From NCBI RefSeq assembly GCF_032444005.1, contig NC_091283.1:571392001-571456000 (forward strand): a stretch of 64,000 bases of DNA, given 5' to 3'. The position numbers and the translations under genes were made by a program. Below the pieces are notes generated by a model. That model had not been told where the DNA came from. It made no database searches and saw nothing but the letters and a program-made list of their open reading frames with translations. This stretch comes from Ranitomeya imitator (Eukaryota). Each line of letters opens with the position of its first letter. The stretch's first letter is position 1. Positions 1 through 12,793 of this stretch are shown piece after piece.

Positions 1-2049
1 TTTTGCCCAAAATACGTGCATTTAAGTAAGATGTTTTTCCCAAAAGGTGGACAACCCCTTTAGATACATCACCATGGAATGTCTATCCTTAATGTGGGGC
101 TTTTTCTCGGAGGTGGAGGGGATAAAAAATAAAATAAAATAAAAAAAGTTTCTCTATCTTCTCCAGTCGGTATGTGAAAATCGGACCGCACTCAGTTGTC
201 GTCCAATTGTGGTCCGATGTTTTCCACTGACCCATAGACCTCAACAGCTGTGCATGACCCAATTATTATCGAAGGTAAATGATGCATGCTGCAACCTTTT
301 TCCTTGGGCCACTCCAAGGAACTCGGACATGTGCATGGTTTCATTGGAGATGAGTGCCATCCGTCAAAATGGCCGATAGCACTCGTCCAAGTTATATGGT
401 CGTCTGCACAATCCATTATGATAGGTCATCACTAGCATATAGGTCAGGGTTGATCAGCTATCATTAGTTTCCATGACCTAGGAGCTGATCCACACTATAC
501 AGTCAGCAGTGTATGGAGTTGTGCTTTTTAGTGTTGACATCCAGCCATCCCCGAAGCTAATAATGGCTGATCGATGGAGATGTAAAGTGTTTTATTTCCA
601 CTAATCTGATATTGATAACCTATCCAGATGATAAGTCATCAATAGTGATGAGCGAATATACTAGTTACTCGAGATTTCCAGAGCACGCTCGGAGGACCCC
701 CGAGCGGGCTTGAGAAATCTCGAGTAACGAGTATATATTCGCTCATCACTAGTCATCAACATTTTCTGCTTTGACAACCTTTTCATCAATCAGTCTAAGA
801 ATCTCTGTATTTAATATGGGATTCAGGGAGCCTAATAGCTATTAAAAGGATTTAACACTAAAAGAAAAACAAGAAGTAATTGGACTTTGGGGATACCAGC
901 AGTGCCACCTACTCATACATTATTTACCGGTATAAATCTCTTGCCATTTAGAGTTTTCCTGTTATGTCATTACAGAAGCCACATGTACGTTAGCTTGTAA
1001 ATAAAGAGCGGGTGAAATAAGAATTGAACAAGTCGTCACCAATTTTCTAAGTACGGTAAATATATTTCTAAAGGTGCTATTCACATGAAATTCTCACCAG
1101 ATGTTGGCAACAACCCATCCAATCCACACAGGCAAAGAAATCAAACCATAGATGATCATAAACTAAGTTATGTGTAATAATGAGAATTAAAGCCACCAAA
1201 ATTGTTCAAAAGAATCTGCGTAGGGTATTAAATACACCGTTCACAAATTGCCTAAGGCAAATAAACCCCAACTAAAGATTCTTGATGATAAAATATAACC
1301 TTTCTTTATCCCATTAATATAGGGCCAATGTGCAATATTAAAATCATAAAGGTTTGCATTGGTCAATAATTAGGAATATTTTCCTTTGGTCCAAGAGATA
1401 CACAATCTCTATTTTATATTGATAGTTATTAAGGCAATCATATAAATAATGAGAGACCATTCATTTGTAGACTGACACGGGGGTGGTCCCTTTGTTATTG
1501 TCTCTGTTCAAAGTAATTCCATGTTAGGATCGCAGAGAGAAAAGGTCTATTTTTCACAGTATAATAACTGTACTTTTCAAGACGGCGTTACTTGGGCATG
1601 TCTGAATTCGATGTAATCCACTTCAATAGTTCCATACTGCAGTTCAGTTACAAATAAGGACTGGTTCTCACACCATTTAAGTCCTTATTTGTCCTATCGC
1701 TGTGCTCGTGTACCCTAGTTGGATACAGGCTAATGGCAATTGCCCCCACTATTCTACATAAACTCCTCACTCAGTGATCCTGTGGAATATTACATACTGT
1801 CAATGCATAGGTTGGCTACAGACCAACACTCTAATGCTTAGTGTGACAAACTGACAAAACAATTGCTTTTAAAATAAGTAACCAGCTGCCTCCCCAACAT
1901 GTTGTTTCACATTACTGGCATCTTCAGGGGAAACAAGGCTGCAATCAACACCGGCAAAGAAATCAAACCATAGATTTCCATAATTATGTATAATAATGAT
2001 AAATGACATATGGACAAAAAAGCATTGAACACACTTACTGAAATTTAAT

Positions 2050-3085
2050 AAATACAAAAGCCTTTGTTGGTGATGACAGCTTCAAGATGCCTCCTGTATG
2101 GAGAAACTAGTTGCATGCATTGCTCGGGTGGGATTTTGGCCCAAACACTCTTCAAATCCTGAAGGTTCTGTGGGCTCCTATGAACTCTGAGCTTTAGTTC
2201 ACTCCATACATTGTCTGTTGGATTCAGGTCAGGTGATTAGCTGGGCTATTCTTGCAGCTTTATTTTCTCTGAAACCAGTTGAGAGTTTCCTTGGCTGTGT
2301 TTTTGGGATCATCAGCTTAAAGTTGAAACAAGGGTTGACATTTAAGCATCATCCTGGTAGACGCCAGCAGATTTCTATCAAGAATGTCTCGATACATTTG
2401 TCCATTCATCCTTCTTTTAGTTACATGAAGTTTGACAGTGCCATATGCTGAAAAACAATCCCACACCATGATGTTTCCATCTCAAAGCTTTGCTGTTGGT
2501 ATGGTATTTTGGGGGCAAAATACAGTGTATTTTGGCCTTCGAACACGGTGTGTATTATGGCATCCAAAGAATTCAATTTTGTTCTCACCTGACCAGACTA
2601 TATTTTCCAGTATTTCACAGGCTTGTCTAAATGTTGTTGGGCAATCTTAAATTGCGCTTGAACATGTTTTTTGTCCAGCAATGGAATCTTGATTGGTAGG
2701 CATGCATATAGGCCATGGAGATTTAGTGCATTAGTTAGCGTTCTCTGACAACTGTATTTGCTGATTCCAGGTCTTTCTGTAGCTCTCAAGTAGACCTTGG
2801 CTCTTAGACAACTCTTCTGATAATTCTTTTCACTCCTCTGTCTGAAATCTTGCGAGGAGTTAAGAAATTTTTCTGTAACCAAAGCCATCAGTATGTTTTT
2901 ACCAATCATGAGATGTTACTTGTGAGACACCTTGGTAATGAGACACCTTTTTTGTAGGCCATCAGTTGAACCAGCTGATATTTTTCACTAAGTGGCAGGA
3001 TTGCTTTCTAATTACTGATAGATTTCAATTGCTGTCATGACTTTCCATGGCTTTTTGTACCTCTCTTTCTTCATGTGTTCAATAT
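2050..3085 (-). mobile_element. Degenerate Tc1-like transposon remnant
   Basis: Minus-strand ORF 2598..2909 contains Tc1 transposase-like text (PLLDKKHVQAQFKIAQQHLDKP), but the frame is broken. Boundaries approximate. Confidence 0.65.
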
Positions 3086-3813
3086 TTATTTCACCCACTA
3101 TACGTGATATTCTAGAGTCACATCTGTTTATAACAAAAATCAAAAAGCAGTGCTTCATCTATCACAGAACTGACAGTCGCATAAGGGAGAATCAGTAATT
3201 TTCAAAGAAATAGTAGTGCTGCATTCAAACATTTCTGTGGGTTCTTGAGATATCCAAGATAAAACATTGATTTGGGAATAACTGGAATTAGGGGCACACC
3301 TATAAGTGGTGCATCATACTTAGGCCCTTTGAGTCTGCACATTCCCAAAACTCAATCTAGCCCATACGAGGAGACAAACACCACCAACATGAGTCCTAGG
3401 TGGGATGCCCTGTTATACATTTTATACTGTCAAACAGAAGCTTCAAGTAAAACCTCTGTCCATCAATAAAATCTGCCTGAAAGAGCTGTTTATAATGAAC
3501 AATAAACTGTAGTTAACTACCCAGTAAATGCCGATTAGATGCAGTTAGACACTGCCTATACTGCTGGTGTAAGCACTGTAGACTCAAGAACACGTACAGG
3601 GCCTATAAATTTGGTCACTCAACCACTGCTATCTCCTTCTACCATTAAGTTCTGCTGGCAAAAGGAATTAACATTGACTTGTCCAATTTTACAAACGTTT
3701 CACTATTAACCAAACCACGTACTGAAAGTAGAGCACTGATTCTTTTCACTCTAAGTTGAGCAGTTTCCTGAGAACTCTGTACTATTCTTACAATCTTGTT
3801 TTCATTTGCATAC

Positions 3814-3933
3814 CGATTTTCCGTGGAGCAGAAGAACTGCACCCATGGGTTGGTTGTGCCACTGGTCTCTGATGATGGAGGAAGATACATTGCTTCAGAG
3901 AAACATGTCAGCAGGAGTTTGAGAAGTTCAGTC
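3814..3933 (-). CDS. HID1: HID1 coding exon 6 (R-TELLKLLLTCFSEAMYLPPSSETSGTTNPWVQFFCSTEN-R)
   Basis: Translation matches the recalled vertebrate HID1. AG acceptor at 3934-3935, GT donor at 3812-3813, phases compatible with exon 5. Exon 7 was not found in the window. Confidence 0.95.
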
Positions 3934-4120
3934 CTAATAGAAAGATAAAAAGGAAGAACACTTTAATTTTATAATCTTTTGAGATAAATAATATTTCTCT
4001 ACTCTCGGCGCAAGAAAACTGCCACCCAAACTTGTAAGACTTGGAGAATTCTCTTCCATGGTGTCACCAGGGAATAATTTTCTGTTGGAAGATACCAACT
4101 GGCCCTTCATTATTACAAAA

Positions 4121-6378
4121 CTAGCGGAAGAGCCTGGCGTTTACCGGGCTAACTGTGGTTAGTTATACCACCTCACTTCTCTCATTTTCCCCCTCACACC
4201 TGTCATCCCCCCCCCCCCACCTCTCATTTTCCGATCACTCCACTATTTTCCCCTCACTCCCCTCATTTTGCACTTACGCCTCTCATTTTCACCTCCGTAT
4301 ATACCCGTATGTAATCTCCCCCTGTATACAGTATATACTGCTATGTCATCTCCCCAGTATATAGTATATACCGGTATGTCATCTCCTCCTGTATATAGTA
4401 TATACCTATATGTCATCTCCTCCTGTATATAGTATATACCTATATGTCATATCCTCCTGTATGTAGTATATACTTGTGTGTCATCTCCTCCTGTATATAG
4501 TACAGGGTGGGCCATTTATATGGATGCACCTAAATAAAATGGGAATAGTTGGTGATATCAACTTCCTGTTTGTGACACATTAGTATATGAGAGGGGGAAA
4601 ACTTTTCAAGATGAGTGGTGACCATGGTGGCCATTTTGAAGTTGGCCATTTTGGAGCCAACTTTATTTTTTTCCAATGGGAAGAGGGTCATGTGACATCA
4701 AACTTATTGAGAATTTCACAAGAAAAACAATGGTGTGCTTGGTTTTAACGTAACTTTATTCTTTCCTGAGTTATTTACAAGTTTATGACACTTATAAAAT
4801 GTGTTTAAAGTGCTGCCCATTGTGTTGGATTGTCAATGCAACCCTCTTCTCCCACTCTTGACACACTGATAGCAACACCGCAGAAGAAATGCTAGCACAG
4901 GCTTCTAGTGTCCGTTTCAGATGCTGCACATCTCGTATCTTCACAGCATAGGCAATTGCCTTCAGATGACCCCAAAGATAACAGTCTAAGGGGGTGAGAT
5001 CGGAAGACCTTAGTGGCCATTCAACTGGCCCACAACAACCAATCCACGTTCCAGGAAACTGTTCATGTAGGAACTTTTATCTTTGGGGTCATCTGAAGGC
5101 AATTGTCTATGCTGTGAAGATACGAGTTGTGCAGCATCTGAAACAACGGATACTGGAAGCCTGTGCTAGCATTTCTTCTGCGGTGTTGCTATCAGTGTGT
5201 CAAGAGTGGGAGAAGAGGGGTTGCATTGACAATCCAACACAATGGGCAGCACTTTGAATATATTTTATAAGTGGCCATAAACTTGTAAATAACTCATGAA
5301 ATAATAAAGTTACGTTAAAACCAAGCACACCATTGTTTTTCTTCTGAAATTCTCAATAAGTTTGATGTGTCACATGACCCGCTTCCCATTGGAAAAAATA
5401 AAGTTGGATCCAAATGGCCAACTTCAAAATGGCCACCATGGTCACCACCCATCTTGAAAAATTTTCCCCCTCCCATATATTAATGCGCCACAAACAGGAA
5501 GTTGATATCACCAACCATTCCCATTTTATTTAGGTGTATCCATATAAATGGCCCACCCTGTATATACCTGTATATCATCTCCACCTGTATATAGCATATA
5601 CCTTCATGTCATCTTCCCCTGTATATAGTATATCCTGTTCTGTGGTTTGTGTCGAGCAATTTTGTTGAAGCTAAAAGGTTTTTTTTTAACACAATATTAA
5701 CTCCTTAAACTGCCGATACAACTTTTAATGGCGGCAGTTAAGGGGCCTTATTCCTCCTGCACCTCACGCTCCTTTTTTATATACAGCATTTTTCTGCAGC
5801 ACAGCTTTTCTCCTGTATAGTCGCCTCCTCCAGCAGCACCTCACACTCCTCTTCCATATACAATTGGAAACACTTGATCCTGAGAGAAATTGCACTAATT
5901 GCAATAAAGTGAATCGTATACACAGCCTACTTCTTCTGCAGCGCAGAACCACACTTTTCTCCTTTTGACCTCGTTCACACGTTATTTGGTCAGTATTTTT
6001 ACCTCAGTACCTGTAAGCTAAAACTTGGAGTAAAACAATCAGAGAAAAAGTAGTATATTAGAAACATGTCACCACTTCTGTATTTTTCCCTCAGTCATGG
6101 TTTTGGCTTATAAATACTGAGGTAAAATACTGACCAAATACGGAATGTGTGAGTGTTGCTTTATACACAGCCTCCACCTGCGGCAGCACCTCACTTCTCT
6201 CATTTTCCCCCTCACATCTCTATCCATGAGGCGCCTCCCTTTCCCTTGACGTCATGCCTCACAGGAGCAACTCCATTCTAGACACGACAGAGCTAGATGT
6301 GGCCTGTGCCTGCTATGCGGAGTGTGCGTGGCTCGATACACACATACATACATTCATACCCTCAACTTTATATATAGA
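4121..6378 (-). mobile_element. Non-autonomous Helitron-like element with internal minisatellite and nested MITEs
   Basis: On the minus strand it starts A|TCTATATATAA (6378) and ends with the hairpin AGCCTGG-CGTTTA-CCGGGCT followed by CTAG|T (4121). Confidence 0.7.
4503..5560. mobile_element. Mariner-type (maT/rosa-like) non-autonomous element with long TIRs
   Basis: TA|CAGGGTGGGCCATTTATATGGA...TCCATATAAATGGCCCACCCTG|TA. Both arms carry the transposase C-terminus (YLWGHLKAIVYAVKIR...LKQRILEACASIS). Confidence 0.8.
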
Positions 6379-6953
6379 TGATACAGGGAACCAAACATGT
6401 AAGTATCCTCTACAGTTAGTAACAGGTCAGGAACTCTAACAAGGTCCTTTAGAGGGCCAAGGGTTACTAGTGCTAATTGGTGGCACTAGAGAACTCTAGA
6501 GAGGTGCAGATTTTAATTCACAGGGGGGCATGGGATGGCCTACAAAGCCCTACACCAACTTGGCACTCTCCACGAAGAGAAAGATTACCCTTTAGGCCAA
6601 CAAAGCATTAAAAACATACTTAGCGGATAGGTCACTTGTGTACCTAGGATTATCTAGCCATAAAGTAGACATTTCCCCATCAGAGCAAATTCTTCTTACA
6701 GTTTAGGCTTTGTTAACAATGTCGCCAAATTTTTAATTTTACATCAAAGGACGAAAAAAAAAAAAAAAAAAAAGAACCGAGTGCCAACAAATGCATCATA
6801 AGATGGAAATCAATCGCCACTGACTTCTGCCATTGTGCCCATCATTTTGATAGTAAGAATAAGTCTGAGTGTTGCATTATTCTTCTTGTCATATATGACG
6901 GAGCCTCTGAGTCCTGCTCTTGGTGTCTTACCACTGGGCTGATGGTCACCTAC

Positions 6954-7060
6954 CTGTTGAGATCATGTGTGTGGTTGGGTGCTGGAGAGTGAGCAAAGCC
7001 AACGCCAGCTTCCCAGATGTACTCACAGCTGTCAAGAGTGTGAATGTCTTCTGAAGTATC
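6954..7060 (-). CDS. HID1: HID1 coding exon 5 (DTSEDIHTLDSCEYIWEAGVGFAHSPAPNHTHDLN-R)
   Basis: 107 bp, AG/GT boundaries, CEYIWEAGVGFAHSP motif of HID1. Confidence 0.96.
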
Positions 7061-7594
7061 CTAAAGAGAAGGAATAATCAAATGTGACCGGAAAATGCAA
7101 ATTCACCAAAATCTAGTAAAGAAAAACATGTTTGAACCTAATGGAAATTCTGTCTACACTTTGGGGTTTTTAATTCTTTCATTCCAGATTCAGTGATTTA
7201 TGTGGACATTGAAAGAGAGTATTACACATTGCAGTAGCTTAGGTATCTATGGTTACAGCCACTAAAAGATGTCTAACTGTCACTATGAGTGGTCGTAACC
7301 ATAGATACCTAAGCTAGTGCAATGCCCTGCACATGTGGTAAGCGACACAGCTTATCAGAAGAACTATACTACATTTCTAATTGGAGATATTTGCTAATAT
7401 TATTAAACCTACTACATATTGAGATAGGATCTTGGAGATGGGAATACCCTTTAATGTGGGGCATGTGCCATCCCAGCTCAGCGCAGACTTTGCTGGTCTT
7501 TGACTCTCGATGGTACACTTTACACAATTAGATAGACATTTGGATTCGGGAGAACTAGTCTTCCCAGATTATACTAGTCTGAGGTAGTGCTCAC

Positions 7595-7711
7595 CGCTCC
7601 ACTCTTCTTGTGACTTTGCACTGTAAAATCTGGACAGAAGAGAAGATCGGCAATGGCGAGGAGCAGAGATTCAGCTAATGGACGAGATCCATCTTCCTCA
7701 TCATCCTCATC
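7595..7711 (-). CDS. HID1: HID1 coding exon 4 (DEDDEEDGSRPLAESLLLAIADLLFCPDFTVQSHKKSGA)
   Basis: 117 bp, AG/GT boundaries, matches HID1. Confidence 0.96.
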
Positions 7712-7975
7712 CTGAAAGATAACAGAAATGTTGTGTAATGAGGAAGCCAGAAAAATGAGTCACCATTTTTATTAAATGAATCGAAAATGTACAGTCTCAA
7801 AATACAATGCGTTTGGGGGCTCAAAGTCCCTTTTTCAAGCACACAGTCAGGTTTGGCAGTACATTTTGCGATGTCAAATGCAAAACCGATCCAATATGTT
7901 CACAAGGGAAATTTTACAAAAGTAAAAAAATAAGAATAAATGAATTGTTCCTCTGAGAGGTTTTGATTATGTTAC

Positions 7976-8146
7976 CTGGTTACGCCCGGCACCAGGCACT
8001 GAGGACCAAAAGAATCCCCTCCAGTCTGGGTCCTCAAAGATATATGGCAGTACCCGAGTCAACAACCGGGCACAGTTCAACACCATTTGCTTTTCATTGT
8101 CTGAGTGACAACCGCTATCGGCACCTGCCACCAGCTTTTCCACTGC
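7976..8146 (-). CDS. HID1: HID1 coding exon 3 (AVEKLVAGADSGCHSDNEKQMVLNCARLLTRVLPYIFEDPDWRGFFWSSVPGAGRNQ)
   Basis: 171 bp, AG/GT boundaries, matches HID1. Confidence 0.96.
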
Positions 8147-8232
8147 CTGCAGGGCACAGATATTAAGTATGTCAAGAAACGCATTTCAAAATGGAACACC
8201 CCGAATGTTATTAGTGGCTTGTCACCATTTAC

Positions 8233-8382
8233 CTTGTAACATAATGTGGCCAAGTTTGATGGCGACTCCTCTCGGACTGCACGAATCTCAGCAGCTGGGA
8301 TCAAAGCGAATACATCCTGCACAGAGGTGGCCGAGTCAGACCAAAATTGGTCCCAAAAGGCGTCATCTGTGGCTTCAACCGG
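8233..8382 (-). CDS. HID1: HID1 coding exon 2 (PVEATDDAFWDQFWSDSATSVQDVFALIPAAEIRAVREESPSNLATLCYK)
   Basis: 150 bp, AG/GT boundaries, near-identical to the recalled HID1 N-terminus. Confidence 0.97.
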
Positions 8383-8655
8383 CTGCAAGAAGTAAAAATA
8401 AAATAGAGAGAATTTAAAGAGTTGTACACAATAAAAACAATGTTGACCTGGGCAAGTTTAATAATATAAACACATGAAACAGTTAACAGGTTCCCTTTAA
8501 AATTGATATATTTGGGGGCAGTGTTCTGGATCACTGCGTTGAGAAACACGTGATGGTGTCTCCGCGGTGTTGGATGTTTTGGTCACCACGAGGTCAATCA
8601 TCTGTGCCTTTATAGCCTTTTTACTAGGCACTGCTCCTGATAGCCAGTTTCCTAC

Positions 8656-8700
8656 TCCACACTGATGAGGGGCAAAAACCCCGAAACAGCTGTCTGTGGA
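8656..8700 (+). ncRNA. Minimal type I hammerhead ribozyme (canonical core)
   Basis: TCCACA-CTGATGA-GGGG(CAAAAA)CCCC-GAAA-CAGCTGT-C-TGTGGA: stem I, CUGAUGA, stem II, GAAA, palindromic stem III and a GUC cleavage triplet. Confidence 0.9.
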
Positions 8701-9287
8701 TGGATACCATGCTTGGCATAGGTGGTTTTCCTTTATTGGATGCTGCCCTTCCCTTGGTTGTTCCTTCCCGGGGAAAGGCCTGGCTATTCACTGCCTGCGT
8801 TGAGAAACACGTGATGGTGTCTCCGCAGCACCTCTACTTGCATTTGCATATTTGGGGACAGTGTTCTGGATCACTGCGTTGAGAAACACGTGATGGTGTC
8901 TCCGCGGTTTTGGATGTTTTGGTCTCCACGAGGTCAATCATCCGTGCCTTTATAGACTTTCTACTAGGCACTGCTCCTGATATCAGTGTGGAGTAGGAAA
9001 CTGGCTATCAGGAGCAGTGCCTAGTAGAAAGTCTATAAAGGCACGGATGATTGACCTCGTGGAGACCAAAACATCCAACACCGCGGAGACACCATCACGT
9101 GTTTCTCAACGCAGTGATCCAGAACACTGCCCCCAAATATGCAAATGCAAGTAGAGGAGCTGCGGAGACACCATCACGTGTTTCTCAACGCAGGCAGTGA
9201 ATAGCCAGGCCTTTCCCCGGGAAGGAACAACCAAGGGAAGGGCAGCATCCAATAAATGAAAACCACCTATGCCAAGCATGGTATCCA

Positions 9288-9332
9288 TCCACAGACAGCT
9301 GTTTCGGGGTTTTTGCCCCTCATCAGTGTGGA
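9288..9332 (-). ncRNA. Minimal type I hammerhead ribozyme, second intact copy (sense to HID1 pre-mRNA)
   Basis: Reverse complement of the 8656..8700 motif with all core nucleotides and stems intact (stem II loop one A shorter). Confidence 0.88.
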
Positions 9333-10751
9333 GTAGGAAACTGGCTGAGGGGCAAAACACCCCGAAACAGCTGTCTGTGGATGGATACCATGCTTGGCAT
9401 AGGTGGTTTTCCTTTATTGGATGTTTTCCTTTATTGGATGCTGCCCTTCCCTTGGTTGTTCCTTCCCGGGGAAAGGCCTGGCTATTCACTGCCTGCGTTG
9501 AGAAACACGTGATGGTGTCTCCGCAGCTCCTCTACTTGCATTTGCATATTTCGGGGCAGTGTTCTGGATCACTGCGTTGAGAAACACGTGATGGTGTCTC
9601 CGCGGTGTTGGATGTTTTGGTCTCCAGGAGGTCAATCATCCGTGCCTTTATAGACTTTAAAATTGATGGCCTAGCCTTAGCAAAAGGCCATCAAGATTAG
9701 ATCAATAGTGGTCCAAGTTTCGCACTCCCACTGATGATTGCTTGAAGAGAGGCCCCTTCATTGTGTACATAGCTCTGTACTTCTACTAGTGGCTGTGCCT
9801 GGAATTACAGCTCAGATCCAACCAAGCACAGGCACTACTAAAAGTACAGAACGGTGCCCCAAAGACAGTGATGGGGAAGGGGCACTAACTGGAGCATTGC
9901 AACCACTAAAACAGCAAACCAGCAGTGCCAACAGTCAGAGACCCACCAATCTAATGCGGATAGCCTATAAAAGAGCCAGATAATCCCTTTAACCTCTATA
10001 TGGTGATTGTCCAGACCAGCTGCAGCCTCGGGCCTTAACGGTGTGTCCTGCCCAGAGGAGTGCAGGGGCGCTCAATCTGGCCAGCTTCAAAGAACAGCTT
10101 ATAAGTGCTATGGCAAAGAGCTTGCCAACAAGTGATCTTTACCTAGGAAACCGACCACCTCTGATAGAGGACACAATAGAGTTAAAAATCCCCCCATACT
10201 TGAGAACGAGGATTTTAATTAATTTTTTAAAGAGGTAAACTGCAAAAGTTGCTAGTTTTTACAAGCAGTTTGCAATTTTACCCATATATGACGATGAGAC
10301 AATCCCTTTAAAGGGTTATGCAAATTTTTATACATCGATATTGTTGGATAGTGCTTGCATAAACTGTAAATTGCAAAAGGGCTTGTTTATTAAAATTGTT
10401 TGGGTTCTTGACATATTAACACTATTCTCTTGTATATGGCTCATTGCCTAGGTGACCAACCACCACTGTAGTTTAGCAGCAGTGGACGAGCATGTGAAGT
10501 GCTTACAGGATCTTTTCTATTGAGTTGGCTGGGATCGCGGAGTGCGCCGTTATATCCCAATCCTGGCCGGCCTCTCTGCACTGTATATAGCTAGCCACCT
10601 AGGCAATTAGCTGTAAATAAACAAAGAAAGTGATTATACATCAAGAACGCCTATGTTTTTAGTAACTATGGTCAATGGCAAAAGTGCCACTATCCCACAA
10701 CACTCATCTATGAAGATGGGAACAATCCTGCACGCATTTTGTCAGCATTAA

Positions 10752-11192
10752 AGGGGTTTTCCAGTACGTTAACATGGACGACCTATCCATAGAATAGATC
10801 ATCAACACCAGTTCGGTGGCGGTTCAACATCTGGACGATCAGCTCTCCCAGTGCTGGCTGGACGTAATCAGTCGCAGCTTGGAACAGCACAGCTGCATCA
10901 ACTGAATACTGGTCACAGCGGCGTGCTGCACATCCTCACCTATGCATGTGAATGGCGGCGGATTACAGTCCTGGACCGCGGACACATTTGCACTGACGAA
11001 GTTATACTGCTCTGCATCCAAGCACTTCTGGCCGCAGCCAGCACCGAAAACAGGTGACCGGAGGGGTGCACCCCTACCAATCTGATATTGAGAACGTATT
11101 CTAAGGGTAGGCCATCGATATAAATGGACTCTGAATGATTGTAAATAGCCGCCAGCTGTATGGAAATATTTTACATTATATGGATGTATCCT
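10752..11192. mobile_element. Kolobok/T2-type MITE
   Basis: TTAA|AGGGGTTTTCC...GGATGTATCCT|TTAA: TTAA target duplication with AGG...CCT ends. Confidence 0.6.
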
Positions 11193-11213
11193 TTAAGTTG
11201 TGTACTATATATA

Positions 11214-12793
11214 CAGGTCCTTCTCAAAAAATTAGCATATAGTGTTAAATTTCATTATTTACCATAATGTAATGATTACAATTAAACTTTCACATATTAT
11301 AGATTCATTATCCACCAACTGAAATTTGTCACGTCTTTTATTGTTTTAATACTGATGATTTTGGCATACAACTCCTGATAACCCAAAAAACCTGTCTCAA
11401 TAAATTAGCATATCAAGAAAAGGTTCTCTAAACGACCTATTACCCTAATCTTCTGAATCAACTAATTAACTCTAAACACATGCAAAAGATACCTGAGGCT
11501 TTTATAAACTCCCTGCCTGGTTCATTACTCAAAACCCCCATCATGGGTAAGACTAGCGACCTGACAGATGTCAAGAAGGCCATCATTGACACCCTCAAGC
11601 AAGAGGGTAAGACCCAGAAAGAAATTTCTCAACAAATAGGCTGTTCCCAGAGTGCTGTATCAAGGCACCTCAATGGTAAGTCTGTTGGAAGGAAACAATG
11701 TGGCAGAAAACGCTGTACAACGAGAAGAGGAGACCGGACCCTGAGGAAGATTGTGGAGAAGGACCGATTCCAGACCTTGGGGAACCTGAGGAAGCAGTGG
11801 ACTGAGTCTGGTGTGGAAACATCCAGAGCCACCGTGCACAGGCGTGTGCAGGAAATGGGCTACAGGTGCCGCATTCCCCAGGTAAAGCCACTTTTGAGCT
11901 ACAGAGAAGCAGCACTGGACTGTTGCTAAGTGGTCCCAAGTACTTTTTTCTGATGAAAGCAAATTTTGCATGTCATTCGGAAATCAAGGTGCCAGAGTCT
12001 GGAGGAAGACTGGGGAGAAGGAAATGCCAAAATGCCTGAAGTCCAGTGTCAAGTACCCACAGTCAGTGATGGTGTGGGGTGCCATGTCAGCTGCTGGTGT
12101 TGGTCCACTGTGTTTCATCAAGGGCAGGGTCAATGCAGCTAGCTATCAGGAGATTTTGGAGCACTTCATGCTTCCATCGGCTGAAATGCTTTATGGAGAT
12201 GAAGATTTCATTTTTCAGCACGACCTGGCACCTGCTCACAGTGCCAAAACCAATGGTAAATGGTTTACTGACCATGGTACTACTGTGCTCAATTGGCCTG
12301 CCAACTCTCCTGACCTGAACCCCATAGAGAATCTGTGGGATATTGTGAAGAGAAAGTTGAGAGACGCAAGACCCAACACTCTGGATGAGCTTAAGGCCGC
12401 TATTGAAGCATCCTGGGCCTCCATAACATCTCAGCAGTGTCACAGGCTGATTGCCTCCATGCCACGCCGCATTGAAGCAGTCATTTCTGCCAAAGGATTC
12501 CCGACCAAGTATTGAGTGCATAACTGAACATTATTATTTGTTGGTTTTTTTGTTTGTTATTAAAAAACACTTTTATTTGATTGGATGGGTGAAATATGCT
12601 AATTTATTGAGACAGGTTTTTTGGGTTATCAGGAGTTGTATGCCAAAATCATCAGTATTAATACAATAAAAGACCTGACAAATTTCAGTTGGTGGATAAC
12701 GAATCTATAATATATGAAAGTTTAATTGTAATCATTACATTATGGTAAATAATGAAATTTAACACTATATGCTAATTTTATGAGAAGGACCTG
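11214..12793 (+). mobile_element. Tc1 transposon, near full length, with a broken DD34E transposase (11543..12515)
   Basis: TA|CAGGTCCTTCTC...GAGAAGGACCTG|TA with about 200-bp TIRs. The transposase (MGKTSDLT...; [28 protein letters not shown]) is split by a short deletion/frameshift near 11895. Confidence 0.92.

Larger units (their letters stand above)
8508..9654. mobile_element. Retrozyme-like non-autonomous retroelement: about 3.4 tandem 340-bp units with hammerhead ribozymes and an internal inversion
   Basis: The unit marker GTGTTCTGGATCACTGCG recurs at 8521 and 8861. Direct repeat CTTTAAAATTGAT at 8495-8507 and 9655-9667 (TSD). No coding capacity. Confidence 0.85.

Noticed and set aside
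1-3813. Search for HID1 exon 7 (HALPLFTSLLN...)
   Set aside because: No matching sequence was seen; the short ORFs here are TE-derived or random, so the gene continues beyond the window.
9731-9760. Other CTGATGA/CTGACGA cores (about 9732, 10993, 21299, 51265)
   Set aside because: None is followed by a stem II and GAAAC in hammerhead geometry.
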